A stretch of DNA of 60,593 nt. Source: Chara braunii. Its lineage: Eukaryota; Plantae; Charophyceae. Of this stretch, positions 39,141-51,590 are shown piece by piece (the stretch's first letter is position 1; each line of letters opens with the position of its first letter). The notes under the pieces are model-generated. The model worked only from the letters and a program-made list of their open reading frames with translations, did not search any database and was not told the DNA's origin. Position numbers and translations under genes: made by a program. The stretch is taken from the NCBI GenBank assembly GCA_003427395.1, contig BFEA01000002.1, positions 6,689,635 through 6,750,227 of the forward strand. The letters run 5' to 3'.

Positions 39141-40818
39141 ATCAATCAAGCATATAAAAACTACGGGCTGCGCACCCGTGCCCTCACGGTAAGTCGATCA
39201 AATTTACAGGAGCATACATCACATATGGCTTCATGCTGCAGCAACACAACAAAACGACCAGTAGCAAAAGTTGCGAAACTGACATGCTGGCAACAAGCCA
39301 CATGGCACCAGTGTTTCCCAAGGGGAATTGAACGATTCAGACATCTTTGACAGACGAAACATCAATGTTCTGAAGCAAAAATACAAAAAAAAGCAAAATG
39401 TGGGGCCCTTAGGGCTGTGACTTACAACCTCCTTTCAAAGCTGGACTAAAATGCGGAAGCGCCCGAAATGCGGAAGCGCCCGGAAGGTGTGCAAGTGGGG
39501 TTGTGCCAAGGATTTTTGGGATAGATGGGTGTGAAGTTCAGGTCAGAACTGGAAACTCCTATGCTGGTTCTGGTATGAAAAAGACGAAGATAGAGTTGCG
39601 GGCTTCCAACGTCTTCCTAATTCAAAAAGTATTAGCGAAGCTCCTCCAGAGCCCTTTGACATCTTTTACCAGGGCAAAAAGGTGCAGGAGTGTATGAAGG
39701 ATCCAGATTGCGCACGAGGATTTGGCAACGTGTCTCACAGAGCTTAGAGTCAGAATCAGATGGGTGCAATCGCGCCGCTCTTTCCTCTACCACCGCATCT
39801 CCACGTGGAATGTAGCCGAAACTTTGCTCCTTCAGATACTCTACACATTGACAATCTGAACACAAAGTATGGGGCCACTAGGGCCAACAACATTCGAAAG
39901 GGAGGGAAGATTGTCTCGATGATCGCAAACTTCGAGTTAGCAAAAGCTTAACACCGGCCTTCCAAAGGAAATTGATAGGGTCGCCCGGTCTGTGCAGTAG
40001 CTTCACGAACATACCACTCACAGACATGTGTCATTTGTGCGTTGTGCGGAAACTCGGGGCGTGGCTCGGGATGATCAGTGACACGTGGATACGAAACCAA
40101 TCCTTCGCACCCTCCAACGAACTGTCCGAACATCATTCTCTGTAAGGCGTACGGGAGATAGTTGGCATCAACAAAAAGCTCATGAGAAAAGATCCATCAA
40201 CCACATCCACCATTTACAAACAAGGAGAAATCAGTACCCTATATGAGGAATTACAAATGTGGGTGGCTGTCAGTGGCAACAGACTTCCGTACAAGCGGAA
40301 GAGTGTAATGAGAGTGTCGTTCTTTTTTTTTTTTTTTTTTTTTTAAGACGCTCAATCTATTGATGGGGAGCTGCACCTGCTGGAAACTGGGTCCAACATC
40401 CCGTGTGAACATCATAAACACTTGATAAAGAAAGGAGGATGTTGTCACTTGCTTTGTCTTGGGGTGAGGCAGCAACCTCTTCACCCGTAACCGAACGCCA
40501 AAAGGAATATTTCAACAACAAGCTCTGTTCTACCCCTAACCTACGTGACGCGCCGGGCCGCGGATCCTGCGACCTCGGCGGCGGCTGAGGAGGCCGGCCG
40601 CTAGCCCGCGGCCGAGGCCGCGCGGCCGATTTTTTTTGCGGCCGCGCCAGGCTCAGGCAAGGGCGCGCGCGGGAAATTGACGCGCGGCCTCGTCCTGCGC
40701 ATGTCCTCCTCTATAGGACTGCGCAGTAAAAAATAAAAAATAAAAATATTTTTTGTGGGGGTGGTTTTTGCCAAGTACCAAAATTAATTAAAAAAATAGG
40801 AAAATAAAATAAAATTCG

Positions 40819-40849
<31 letters not shown>

Positions 40850-40932
40850 ATTGATTAACTGGTTGATTGGTTGATTGATTGGTTGATTGATAGATTGATT
40901 GGTAAGGGAGGGGTCCTCCCTCCCCTCCCCGG

Positions 40933-40964
<32 letters not shown>

Positions 40965-42454
40965 TACATATACATATATGCATACACACACACACACACA
41001 CGCACGCACACACACATATAAACATATACATATATACACACACACATATGAATACATGGACAAACACACACACACACAAATAAACACACAAGCAGTTATG
41101 CACACATGTGAATGGTTCTGCATAAAAATGGGTGCCTTCCTCAGGAACAATGGTCTGATACCAAACCTATACTAACTAAGGGATACCCTGGGTCTCCACT
41201 TGAACTTTTTGGCTCTTATAGCATAGATAACAGTGAGACACCAATGGTTATGGGTTAAGAAGCAAGTTCCAGAAACATGGTATAATCCCCCTAGACCCTC
41301 CCCCTGCTCCCCTGAGCATCCAGCCAGGAAATCTGACCATAGGACTAGTGATTTTCGGTAAGCGTGATATTTCCCCTAGACCCTCCCCCTGCTCCCCTGG
41401 AATGTCCAGCCCAACCATAGGACTAGTATCTATCAAATCATTGGATGGGCACTAATGGGGCCTACCGGACCACCAATGGGCACTTCGGAAAAGTCTGATG
41501 AAATTGAAGCCTTTCATAAACCCGGAAACCAGGCCTCTCTTGATGGATTTAAACTGTTGCCATCCGGCATACGCCTTGGGCAAAAATCTGACAATTGGAA
41601 AGGATCCATGCGCCAACCACAGTCTAGGTTCAACTAACTGCTGGAATTTTCCAGATAGCGACGGGAAAACTGAGGTAGCAGACTAGCTGTGCCTACCAAT
41701 TCCTTGAACAGGAATTGCCACACCCTGCCCAAAATTTGAAAGCACCCCGCCCCCCCACCGGCTGATGAACTCTGTCCTCCCCTGCGTCCCTGTATATCAT
41801 CTTTTCCATCAGACATCCACTCATCTTTCTCAGACTGCATTCAGTGCTGTTACTTGGAGGTTTTGCTTGCGAGTGGTTTTCAAATTGCTTCGGCTATGGC
41901 GGCTCTTGACTTGAATAGCTTCATGTACGCCGACCTCGTGGAATCCCAGATTGACGAGGAAATGGTATATCACGCTATCCTTTACTCACTAGCCCTTACC
42001 TGTATTGGAAGATTGTGGAAGTATGGAATGCCTTTTTTTTTTTTGTGTGTGNGGGGGGGGGGGNCGGGGGACAATTTGCTCCAATCTATTCGTGGGGAGC
42101 AGCACGTGCTAGAAACCGGGTCCAGCGTCCCACATGAATTATTACACAACATATGAGGTGCCGGGGCCATTACCCGGCTTCGGCTAAGAATCTTTTTTTT
42201 GATGAAGAACTAAAAAATTGAATACTATGCTACAGCCATTCCAGCTTCCTAAACATAGAGCAACTCCTAGCCCTCCCTATACCGGTACATTACTACTCAA
42301 AGACAGTACTGACCAGACCAACATTATCCATAGCTGACCTCTTCTCACCACCAAGACTATCCCCGACCCCATAGGGTGTCAAGGCGGTCCCCCACAATTC
42401 GCCACTGGCTTACATGCCTTGTCGTATGTATGTGTTGAAAGTGCAGGTCTGAGA

Positions 42455-42504
42455 ATCCCTCTGATGATCCGTGAAGTGGCAACGGTGAAAAATGTTTTAG
42501 GGGT
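42455..42504 (+). ncRNA. Degenerate type-I hammerhead ribozyme motif
   Basis: Stem I atccct/aggggt, core CTGATGA, stem II ccgt/acgg, GAAA, near-palindromic minimal stem III aaa-tg-ttt. Confidence 0.55.
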
Positions 42505-43559
42505 CAGCCACACCCTTCCTGCCTCGACTGTCTGCGACCTGTTCCGTTGTCGGGCGGCTGCCTACCAGCCGGATACCCCCCCCCAAAAGAAGAAATTGGG
42601 TTTGGGTTTTGTTTTTTTTTTGGTTTCGCATGTTTTCTCTGCATGAATGTATGTGGCTGAGGGGGTTTTGCGGGAACTTGGGGTTTTTCATTGAGGAATA
42701 CTAACCTTGGGGCCTGGCATAGGCGCAAGTGGGGCCGAACGCGGGCGGGAGATCGGAGTTTTCAGGGCGACATTCAAGGGGGGAAAAGAGAAGCGAACTT
42801 TGACCTTGGGAGCCAAGAAACCAGGGGAGGACACGTCCGTTGGGTATCAGCTGCTATTGGGCCGCCATGACCGCAGATTTGAACCTTGGTTGTGCCGGGA
42901 TATGGGGCTATGAAATGCGAAGGTGGTGGGCCTCACCCTGGGCGCTGCTATTGGTCGGTCAGCAAGACAATGCAGGGTGGGGATCGACCAACTGACCCAC
43001 GGGTTGGTCACTGCAGTATCGCGGTACGCTTCGGACGTGTGATCAGAAAGTAGCCGGCCTTTGGGTGGCCAAAGTGAGGACTGATTGATGGCAATCTACT
43101 CACGCGAACTCAAAGCCTTCGATGTCGGAGCACAGGCGGGCTGGCGTGAGAGACAGGGTGGATGTGAGCTTGTACCAGGGTCGACAGTATGGCGGAAAAG
43201 CAGTCTAGCTGAAAGGGGCGGCCTTGGCCACGGAATGTCGAAATAATGCGAGGGAAGGCGAGGGGGGAATCCGGCTGAAAAAGAAATTTGAAGGGGAGGG
43301 TTGACGCCTGGGAAGACTCCGTGGAACTCCAGCATGACAAAACGTTTAGCAAGGGGCGCGCGCGCACTTTTGCGATAACTAGCGAGCGGCTGGGCGAGGA
43401 CTGGGACTCGAGACACACGCAGGCAGGGAACCAGGGTAGATACAGATAAAGGGGGAGCTTGCAAGAAAATGCGGAAGGATGAGCGGGAGCACTGGGATGA
43501 AAAACGACGCGCTGACTGTATAGGGGCAACCTTGTGTCAGGGCCGCCAGTATGTCGGGG

Positions 43560-44020
43560 GAGCAATGAGAGGAGGCGGGAAAAATCAGGCCCAGAGGGTA
43601 ATACAACTGGGAGAAAACGGGGGGAAGGGATTGGTGGACAGAGAAGGTAAGGGGATCAACGTAGCGAAGAAGCAAGAAGATCAGGGGGGGGGAATACACG
43701 AACTCAAGCTTGTCAAAAACGGTTAAGCAGGGGAGCGCGCACGCACTCTCATAATAACTGTCGCACGGCGGAGCCCCGACTGGAATCTGAGGCGAGCATG
43801 GATGGGGTAGATTCAGACGATGGAGGAAGGTTGCAGGAGAGTTCAAAAAGGAAAGGCGGGAACACTAAATGATGCGCTGGCCGGGGAGGAGGGAAAATGG
43901 GTCGATGGAAAATTTTGAAAAGGGAAGCGGGGCTCAGTGAAGACGGGGGGGATCGGTGCAATCGATCCTGAGAAAGGTGAAAAGAGCTCTATGATTGGTC
44001 AAAGGAAGATGGGGTAGTTG
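43560..44020 (-). pseudogene. Possible highly diverged Penelope-type RT relic
   Basis: Collinear FEL, QIPVGAP, LLLRYVDP and YYPLGLIF resemble FEL, GIPMG, RYVDD and YPxxL. The second catalytic Asp is absent. Confidence 0.35.
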
Positions 44021-44906
44021 CGATGTCGAGAGGGGGAGGGAGACTTCGAAAATTTTCGCCACGGACGGCGGGAAATCAAAAAGAAAATTTTTGTGAACCT
44101 CTCCGGAGTCGGAAGGAGTAGTGTGATTCGTTTTGGTGGATCTGCCAAGGATCGGGGAAGAGAATCGTAAGTGAGAAGGGGAGTATAAGAAGGGGAGAGA
44201 GCTGTTGAGAAAGGGGGGCGAACGATAGTGCACGGGATCAGCGCACGAACGCGAGAGCTCTCTGTTCGCACGCGGGGTGGGGCCTAGGAACGAACTTGCG
44301 GAGCTGCGAGCACGAGAAAGAGGCGAGCTGGGCGCCGAAGCGCTCGAGAGCGACCTGAGGGCGGCGCGCGGGCTCCTTGCGGGGGGCCATCGCTCGTATC
44401 GGGAGGTGACCAGCCACCAGAGAGCACTCGGATAGCCGGTGTGTACGTAGTCATAACCAAGGAAAGGGGGGGGAAGAGCGCACGACGAGGCGAACGGGAG
44501 GAGGGAGGCGTACCGAGCGTTCTGATCATTGACGCACGGAAGGGGTCGGCGCCTGGACCACGTACAGTGCTGCTGCGGCTGCTCCCACCGGGAGGTTAGA
44601 GAGTGCACCCGGGAGAGAGAAGGAGAGAAGAGGGAAGGATGCGTGGAGGGCTACGACGATACGTGCGTCGACGAATAGAGCACACGGGCAAACATAGGAG
44701 TTTGAAAGCCTCACAAGCAGGGCAAACCGGGGCGATCACCTGCGCAGGTGCCCCCGAAGTGGGGGCGTAGCACGGAGTCGGTTGGAGGAGAGTAGCCACC
44801 GGTCGCGAGGGGCGATGATCCGGAGGGTGAGAGAGAGAGAAAAGAAAGGGCTAGGGAAGGAGGGGACGTGAGGAAGAGAGAGAGAAACGGGGGCAAGGGC
44901 GCGAAC

Positions 44907-44908
<2 letters not shown>

Positions 44909-44968
<60 letters not shown>
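44909..44968. repeat. (GA)n microsatellite
   Basis: Direct reading. Confidence 0.95.
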
Positions 44969-44972
<4 letters not shown>

Positions 44973-46566
44973 TCCAGAGGAAAGAGAGGGACTGCCCTGG
45001 AATGCGAGGACGAGGGTTGCGAAGGAAGAGAAAGAGAGGGTGAGGGAGAACGTGAGAGGCGGGAAGGCGGTCACCCCGAGGCCACGACCTTCTTGGGGGT
45101 TTTGGATCTAAGCCTCATAGGCTTACCCACGCGTCGAGAGCTTCCAAGTGTCGGGACTTCTTTCTCGTTGGCTACGAACTCTTGCCTATGGGGGACGCGG
45201 GAACGAGCTACGTGCGTCTCCGTTCTTGCTTTACGTTCGACTGTCGGTTTCCTGCTCCGTGCTTGGCCGCTTGCCTCGCGCCACGTCTACGTATGGGGTT
45301 CGTCTCGCTCGGTTTGCGCTACTATCGCGATGCTTGTTGCTCGGCTCGTCGAAATCGGCAGGAGACTGAGCTCCAACGTATGCGGCGTCCAATGACAACG
45401 TGAAGGCCGAGGTCGGCGCGCGACGAACCAGCGAGGGAAGCTATCTGACTGCTCTCTTAGGAGCAACGAGTTTTTCCTTTGCTTGCAACTTCCGTTCGGA
45501 TTCTGCATGTGATTTCTGTTCAACTGAACTATACCGAGTCATAGTCTGCCTCGGGCCATGCTCTTGAGCGTGGCGCAGTTTACTTTCGCTTCCGTTCCGG
45601 TCTGGTTCTGCGTGAGTTTTCTGAGCCGTACTGAATCACAGTCCATTTTCTGTTTTTGCTCGGAACTGGCCAAACTCTTGAGCGCACTGTCGTTCATTTT
45701 TGCGTCGATCCTGGTCGCAGTCTGCATGCGGTTCCTGTCCAATTGAACCATATCGAATCACAACCCTTTCGTCTTCGTAGTTTGGGCTGGCCATATCCCT
45801 GAGCTCGCTGTAATTTACCTTTCCTTGCATTCCGGTCTTAATTTGCGGTCCGCTTCGGTCTCTTGTCACGCGTCAAGTCGAAGCGTAGTTCGGTACCCGG
45901 AACCCGATACTTCCCCCTTTCCCTTGTTTTCTGGACTAAGCGCCGAGCGGCTCTATAAGGCTCGAAAAGGAGAGGAAAACTCGACGCCAACGACCCGCTG
46001 TTGGGAATTTTGAGCGGGAAGGTCAAATGTCGGGGAGAGCGAGGGTCGCGAACGGGAAGATCCAAGTAAGAGGGGAATACCACGACAAATTGGCGCCATT
46101 GTCGGGAATGAGCTTCCTCCCGCGGCCTTGGCTGGCTCAAGGAAAACTGGTTGGAGGAGGACGAGCGTGATATGTGGCGGAGGGTTCATTTTTTTTTTCG
46201 ATATCGACATCGACTTCTTCGGCGGTTTTTCGGCATCGACGTTCTTCGACACTTTTTTCACAGCGACTTTCGACCACAACTTTTTCAGACTTTCACGACG
46301 ACTTTTTCGACAACAATTTTTTTGGACGATGTTTGGGCGTGTGTTCGGTTGGGGCCTTATTTTCCGTGTGGGATGGGTTGCTGGTTTGTTTGGGTGCGAG
46401 GGACTTGGGGTTTCGAAATCTCTTGATTTTGCAGGTCTGCGCCGGCCCCGCTTGCGACTTCCGGAATCCAGGTCAGATCCTTGCTGGGTGGTGATATATT
46501 TTTTGGTGTGTTTGTTTTGAGAAAACTACAAAATAAGACGGTAAAGAGTTTGCCTGTGGGGTTTAA

Positions 46567-47166
46567 ATGAGGGTGAAAAATAATCAAAGGGGGAGGAGAA
46601 GAGTTGTCCATGAAAATCGTGTAAGTGGATCTGCGCGTGGGGAAGAGATAGTGGGCTCTAGGGGGAGAGAAGAAAGCGGGGTTCAAGAGGGTCTGGGGAC
46701 GCCATCGGTTTGGGATCCAAGGGGATTGGTCCGAAGGGAAAGGGTTTTTTTTAACGTTCTCGACCCTCACGGGCTGTGGACAACGCCCCCACGGGACGCA
46801 AGGGAGCGGGTCTCTCAAGTGGGTACGGGTTTTTCTGTTCTCGACCCACACGGGTTGTGGACAAGGCCCGCACGGGACGCGACTCCCGCCAGGGAGCGGA
46901 GTTCTCAAGCAGGTGTTGTTCGGGATTTGGGGGTGAGAAGGGTGGTGCTTCGGGTTCCGGCACAAAGGGTCGAAGAAACTCCAACCCCCATTGAGAACGA
47001 AAGGGATAGGGGGCTAGTTCGGGAAGAAGGGGGAAAAGATACGTGGGGCGATATGGGTAGTACCTTGAACGGGGAATCGGAGGCCGAGTCTTGGGCGGAC
47101 CGGTGTTTCGCCGATTTCTCGGACTCGGAACTTGGGGACTACTGGGATTATGGTAACGAGTACTAA
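46567..47166 (+). CDS. Hypothetical 199-aa ORF with internal repeat, probably TE-borne
   Basis: ATG-started open frame. FxVLDPHGLWTxPxRDA occurs twice. Confidence 0.35.
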   Translation: MRVKNNQRGRRRVVHENRVSGSARGEEIVGSRGREESGVQEGLGTPSVWDPRGLVRRERVFFNVLDPHGLWTTPPRDARERVSQVGTGFSVLDPHGLWTRPARDATPARERSSQAGVVRDLGVRRVVLRVPAQRVEETPTPIENERDRGLVREEGGKDTWGDMGSTLNGESEAESWADRCFADFSDSELGDYWDYGNEY

Positions 47167-47769
47167 AGGAAACAAAGACTACAAGGTACATATTAAAGAT
47201 GGCCAAACATGAGGGACTCTCTTGCTAAATTCTGCTTCCCTACCTTTTTTTTTTGTGGACCCCGATAAGATACTCTGATTCCAAGAGAGAAAAGAGTCAG
47301 GCGGTGGCGAAAAGGAAGGAGGGAACGGAGTGAGAAGAGTTCACGATCCAAGGAGGAGAATGGGAGGGAGAAGATAGGCTAGCAATCATCGATTAATAGG
47401 TGGATAAAAGTTTTGGGACCCGGGTAATTCTACGCTCGAGGTGGGCCGAGTAGGGGCGTGGTGCCGGATAGGCTAACTTAGGGCTAGAGGTCGGTTCGGT
47501 GGGGGACATAGGGCACTGGTGTGTGACTTCGGTCCGACTCCAAGGTGGGGTTTGCCACCCTTCCTGGGGGATAGATAACCTGTGTTCGTGGCTAGTCCCT
47601 ATACTTGGAAGTGGGAGGACCTCTCAGCGGGAAGGTAACCAAGTGAGACGGCGTTCCTTCTCTGGTCCATTTGATCCTGCTGGGCTTGTAGGCACCTTCT
47701 CCTTGCAAGGTAGGGGTGCTCTCTCGAGTGACCAAAAGTAAGGAAAACAAAAGAGATTTCTATTGATTA

Positions 47770-50651
47770 GGATGAGCAAATGAGACTAGAGGCAGTTCCG
47801 GAAGATATTAGTGTGAGTAGTTACGGAGGAGTCGACATGTGGTGTTACACTTTTCATTTGTGGACGGGAGATTTTGACGTTGCCGTTTACATAGAGGAAG
47901 GACAAGATCAAGGTGAGGATTTCCTCCGTGGATAGGAGGAGAAAATCGGCCACTCTCGCATGGAAAGAGAAAATTTGAGAATGTACGGGTTTAGGTACTT
48001 CTACACTCTGGGGTACTGGACCTACTCTAGGGACGAGCGACCCGCGCCCGTAATTCCGGACGCCTATCTCGATGGATCGGGCGGGTGGAAAGTGTTGGTC
48101 GTAATCATAGAGGAGATAGTGGGGGAGTAGGGAGCCTATGAGCCTAAGAGTTCTGGAGGTTGAGCCGACAGGCATTAGCGTGGGTAGTTGTGGGGGTGTA
48201 GACGTGTGGTGTTACAATTTTTATCTGTGGACCGGGGATTTTGATATAGCACTCTATGTAGAAGAATGGGCGGATCAGGGGGAGGACTTCCTCAGTAGTT
48301 GGGAAGAGGTTGTTGTTCACGCTTAACTAGAGAGAGAGCTTGTAGGAAATTACGAGATCCGTTATTTCTATATGCTGGGTTACCGGACCTTCCAACGAGG
48401 AGAGCGACATGCCCCCACGATACCGAAAGCGTATCTTGGCGGGTCGGACGGCTGGAAGGTATTGGTAGGGATCATCGAGGAGGTGGTCCAAAGCCAGGAA
48501 GGGCATGGTTAGGATTGTAGAAGTGACTGGTGACGATAGAATCCAAATCGAGAAGGTCGACCTTCACAAGGAGAGAGGTTGCTTCAGTGTTCCCTTAGAC
48601 CACCATACTGAGAGATATTCGGTCGGGCTTGAGAGAGGCGTGGAACTCGAGAAGGGATTTTTTCTCGGGGCGCGGTTCACCGTAGGAATTTGAGAGGGGG
48701 ATCAGTGGACCAAGAATAAACCTAGGAACGGGGGAAAAGCCCGATGGGCAGCGGTCCATGCTGAAGCCACGGACTACTTGAGTCAAGAGGCCTGGGTAGA
48801 ATACATCACCCATTGGGCATTAGGGTGGTATCGGACGAACCATTGGGAGGTGCGAGTAGGGCCTATTCTAAAACAGATTTTTGAAGAAGTGCCCCTTCGG
48901 CACCGTCTGTCGATCCGCTTGCGGGTAATTTGTGCTCGGGACGAGGAGTACCCTCGCGCTACGGGGTGTGTCCAAGCCATCTTCCCATCTTTCGTCTCGC
49001 GGAGAGTGTGTGGGGAAGGGGCAGCGTACGAAAAGGTCGTAAAATCCATAAGGCGGAAGAGAAGGAGAGGATTGTCCTTTCGGTCACTTCATTGATACTT
49101 CACCTATTGTGTGGATAACCTGGTGCCATACGGGACTAGGGCCGATAGAATTCACGAACGGATCTCCTTGGAATCAGAGAGAGACCGTGAAGAAGGGAGA
49201 GATTACTGTTACCGAAGGGTGTTTGGGATTCGCCAAAAGGTATTTTAGGATGAATGGTTCTTTTTGACAAGGATCTCGGTCATTTTGTCAGATCCCCCTT
49301 AAAGGAGCAAGAAATTCGTAGCCTAGTTCCGAGTAACGGGGAGGTGCCCGATTTGAGAAGATTTGAGGGTGGAGAAATCGCCGCCGGAGGTAGCTTTGTG
49401 TGGATAGAGTCGGAGGAGGTGAGGGAGAGAGCGACTTGGATACGTCTCAAAGTCACAGCTATAATCTTCGTCGAACCAGCCGCTTGGGCAAGGATCGTAG
49501 TACCCCTGGTCTTTGGCCAAGGGGGTGGGTTGGGTCTACTGCTCCAAGAAGTGAGAGAGGTGAGAAGGAGATGGATAGCTAGGACCCGGAGGCAATTTAA
49601 CTTTGTAGCGATAGGAGCGAAAAAATTCGCTCGGGAAGGTGAGCTTCCGAGGGCAAGTTATCCAGCGACCGGCAGGGCTCCGAGCTTTGTGCTCTTAGGG
49701 TCAAACGAGGATAAGATAGTGAGGCTCCTAGAAAGAGGGAGGAGTTTGGGTCTGCCTTTTAGAGCCTTGTGGCTACTTTACACCTACTGTGTCTGTCACG
49801 GGGCCCCTCCTCGAGCAAAGCTCTGGAGGATTTATAGGAGGTTTGGGTCTCTGGATAGGTTTGTCACCCTCTCCCCAAAAGGCTACTACGAGTGGGTGTT
49901 CAGACGGTCGTGGTAGATGGTCAGATTCGCCCTCAGCGACAACGAGGTCGTGGCGACAATAGAGGTCAGTAAGGAGAGTTGGGTCTTGATCCCCGGGGAC
50001 CCTCGCGTGACGCCCTATTGGATGAGTGTTGAGAAGGGGCGAGTTATTAAAGAAGGCGCTTACGCGTGGGTTAGGGCACGCCGACTCACCTGGAAGGAGG
50101 GAGTGCAGAGAGGAGGTTCGCCGCACTTTGGTTAGTTCCTCGAGGTACAAGCTACGGTCTTCCTCGACGAGGATTCGTGGGCCGAAGTTTGAAAGGGTTT
50201 AGTGACCGGCCTAGAGACTCATGCGGAGTATCGTGAGTCCGCAAGGAAAGTAGCACACGATTTGGTCTTGAGCGTTTACGAGGAGGAAACTTTTGAATCG
50301 TGGACGCAGGTGTCCTTCGTCGAGCCAGGCGAAGTTCCTCGAGCCTCCAAGATTCTTCACGCAACCCTGCCCGGTTTCCTGGTACGATCGCTCTTGCGGG
50401 ACCCGGAGGAGAGCGTGGTAGAGATACTTCGGGCCGCGCAATGGTCCGGGGTTTGAACGCGAGGGCTATTTTGGCTCTACACTCGATGTGTCGATGCTGG
50501 GGCTCCCCCTAGGAGAGAGTTAGTGCCTATATTCGAGAAGCTGAGAGATTTTGAGGAAGTAAGAGCTCACATTGTTGACGTCCCATATGCCCGTCTCTTC
50601 GGGGAAGAGCAGGTGACTAACCGAAGGGGGTATGCGCCTCGAACGAGGTGA
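47770..50651 (+). pseudogene. Decayed ~950-aa ORF of unknown tandem domains (A-A-B-B-B)
   Basis: Two ~122-aa A units and three ~230-aa B units align at protein level. Broken by stops and a few frameshifts. Confidence 0.7.
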
Positions 50652-50885
50652 TGATAAGGAGGATACCGGGAACCCGTTGGGCTTCGATAGAGCCTATAGA
50701 AGAAGCAGGAGAGGTTTTCCACGTCACATTACCGAAAGCGAGTTTGGAAGTTCCGACGCGAACCATTCGGATCATAAACGATCCCCTAATCATGTGAGAG
50801 GATGTATGTCATCATCTAATAAAGAGGCGAACCTTCAAATCTTCTCCAATACCAAAACTTGTAATGGTTTGTTAATAGATAGAAC

Positions 50886-51240
50886 CTACGTAGCACCGTG
50901 TTCACGTTCGGAGGCGAACCTCCGAACGTGAACAAGCGCCCAAAACCCTCCGAACGCGAACATAAAAAATATATAAAAAAAACAACCAAAAACGTTCTCA
51001 GAAAAATCTGAAAACAATATATGTTATGTAAAATAACAATACAAGCAACGTTTGCCTTGGAGTCGTGTTCAAATTCGTAGCCCATCATGAGTTAAAAATC
51101 AAAAATCGAAAAAATATTTATTTATTTTTACGGAAAAAAAAATACATTCGCCCGAACATGTTCGCAAGCTGTTCGCGCGAGCGCGCGAATACGTTCGCCC
51201 GAACGTGAAGGGGTGCGAACACGTTCGGCGTGCTACGCAG
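50886..51240 (-). mobile_element. hAT-type MITE, inverted copy of 6611-6983
   Basis: TIR ctacgtagcac/gtgctacgcag, TSD gatagaac/gatagaat. Confidence 0.85.
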
Positions 51241-51281
51241 GATAGAATTAATTTTTTAATAGGGTTTAATAGTGGAGGGTT

Positions 51282-51590
51282 GGGTCAATGAACAGCCATT
51301 TCGTCAAAACGGACATATTACATTTTTTGAATGAAATTGAAATTGAGTTTTTGGGCCGAAATCCGATCCAAAATTTTGGCTCCGGGGGGTCCGGCGTTCC
51401 GAGAACGCTGGACCCTCTAGATGTATCTGGTCTTAGCTTGAGGTCAGATACATCTAGGGGGTTCGGCGTTCTCGGAACGCGGACCCCCTGGAGCCAAAAA
51501 TTTGGACCGGATTTCGGCCCAAAAACTCAATTTCAATTTCGTTCAAAACATATAATATGTTTGTTTTGACGAAATGGTCGTTAATGACCC
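51282..51590. mobile_element. Fold-back MITE (~150-bp arms)
   Basis: Near-complete palindrome centred near 51436. Confidence 0.85.

Noticed and set aside
39948-40136. Ulp1 protease-like Q..N..C..YV motif
   Set aside because: It needs a frameshift and no supporting His/Asp motifs were seen.
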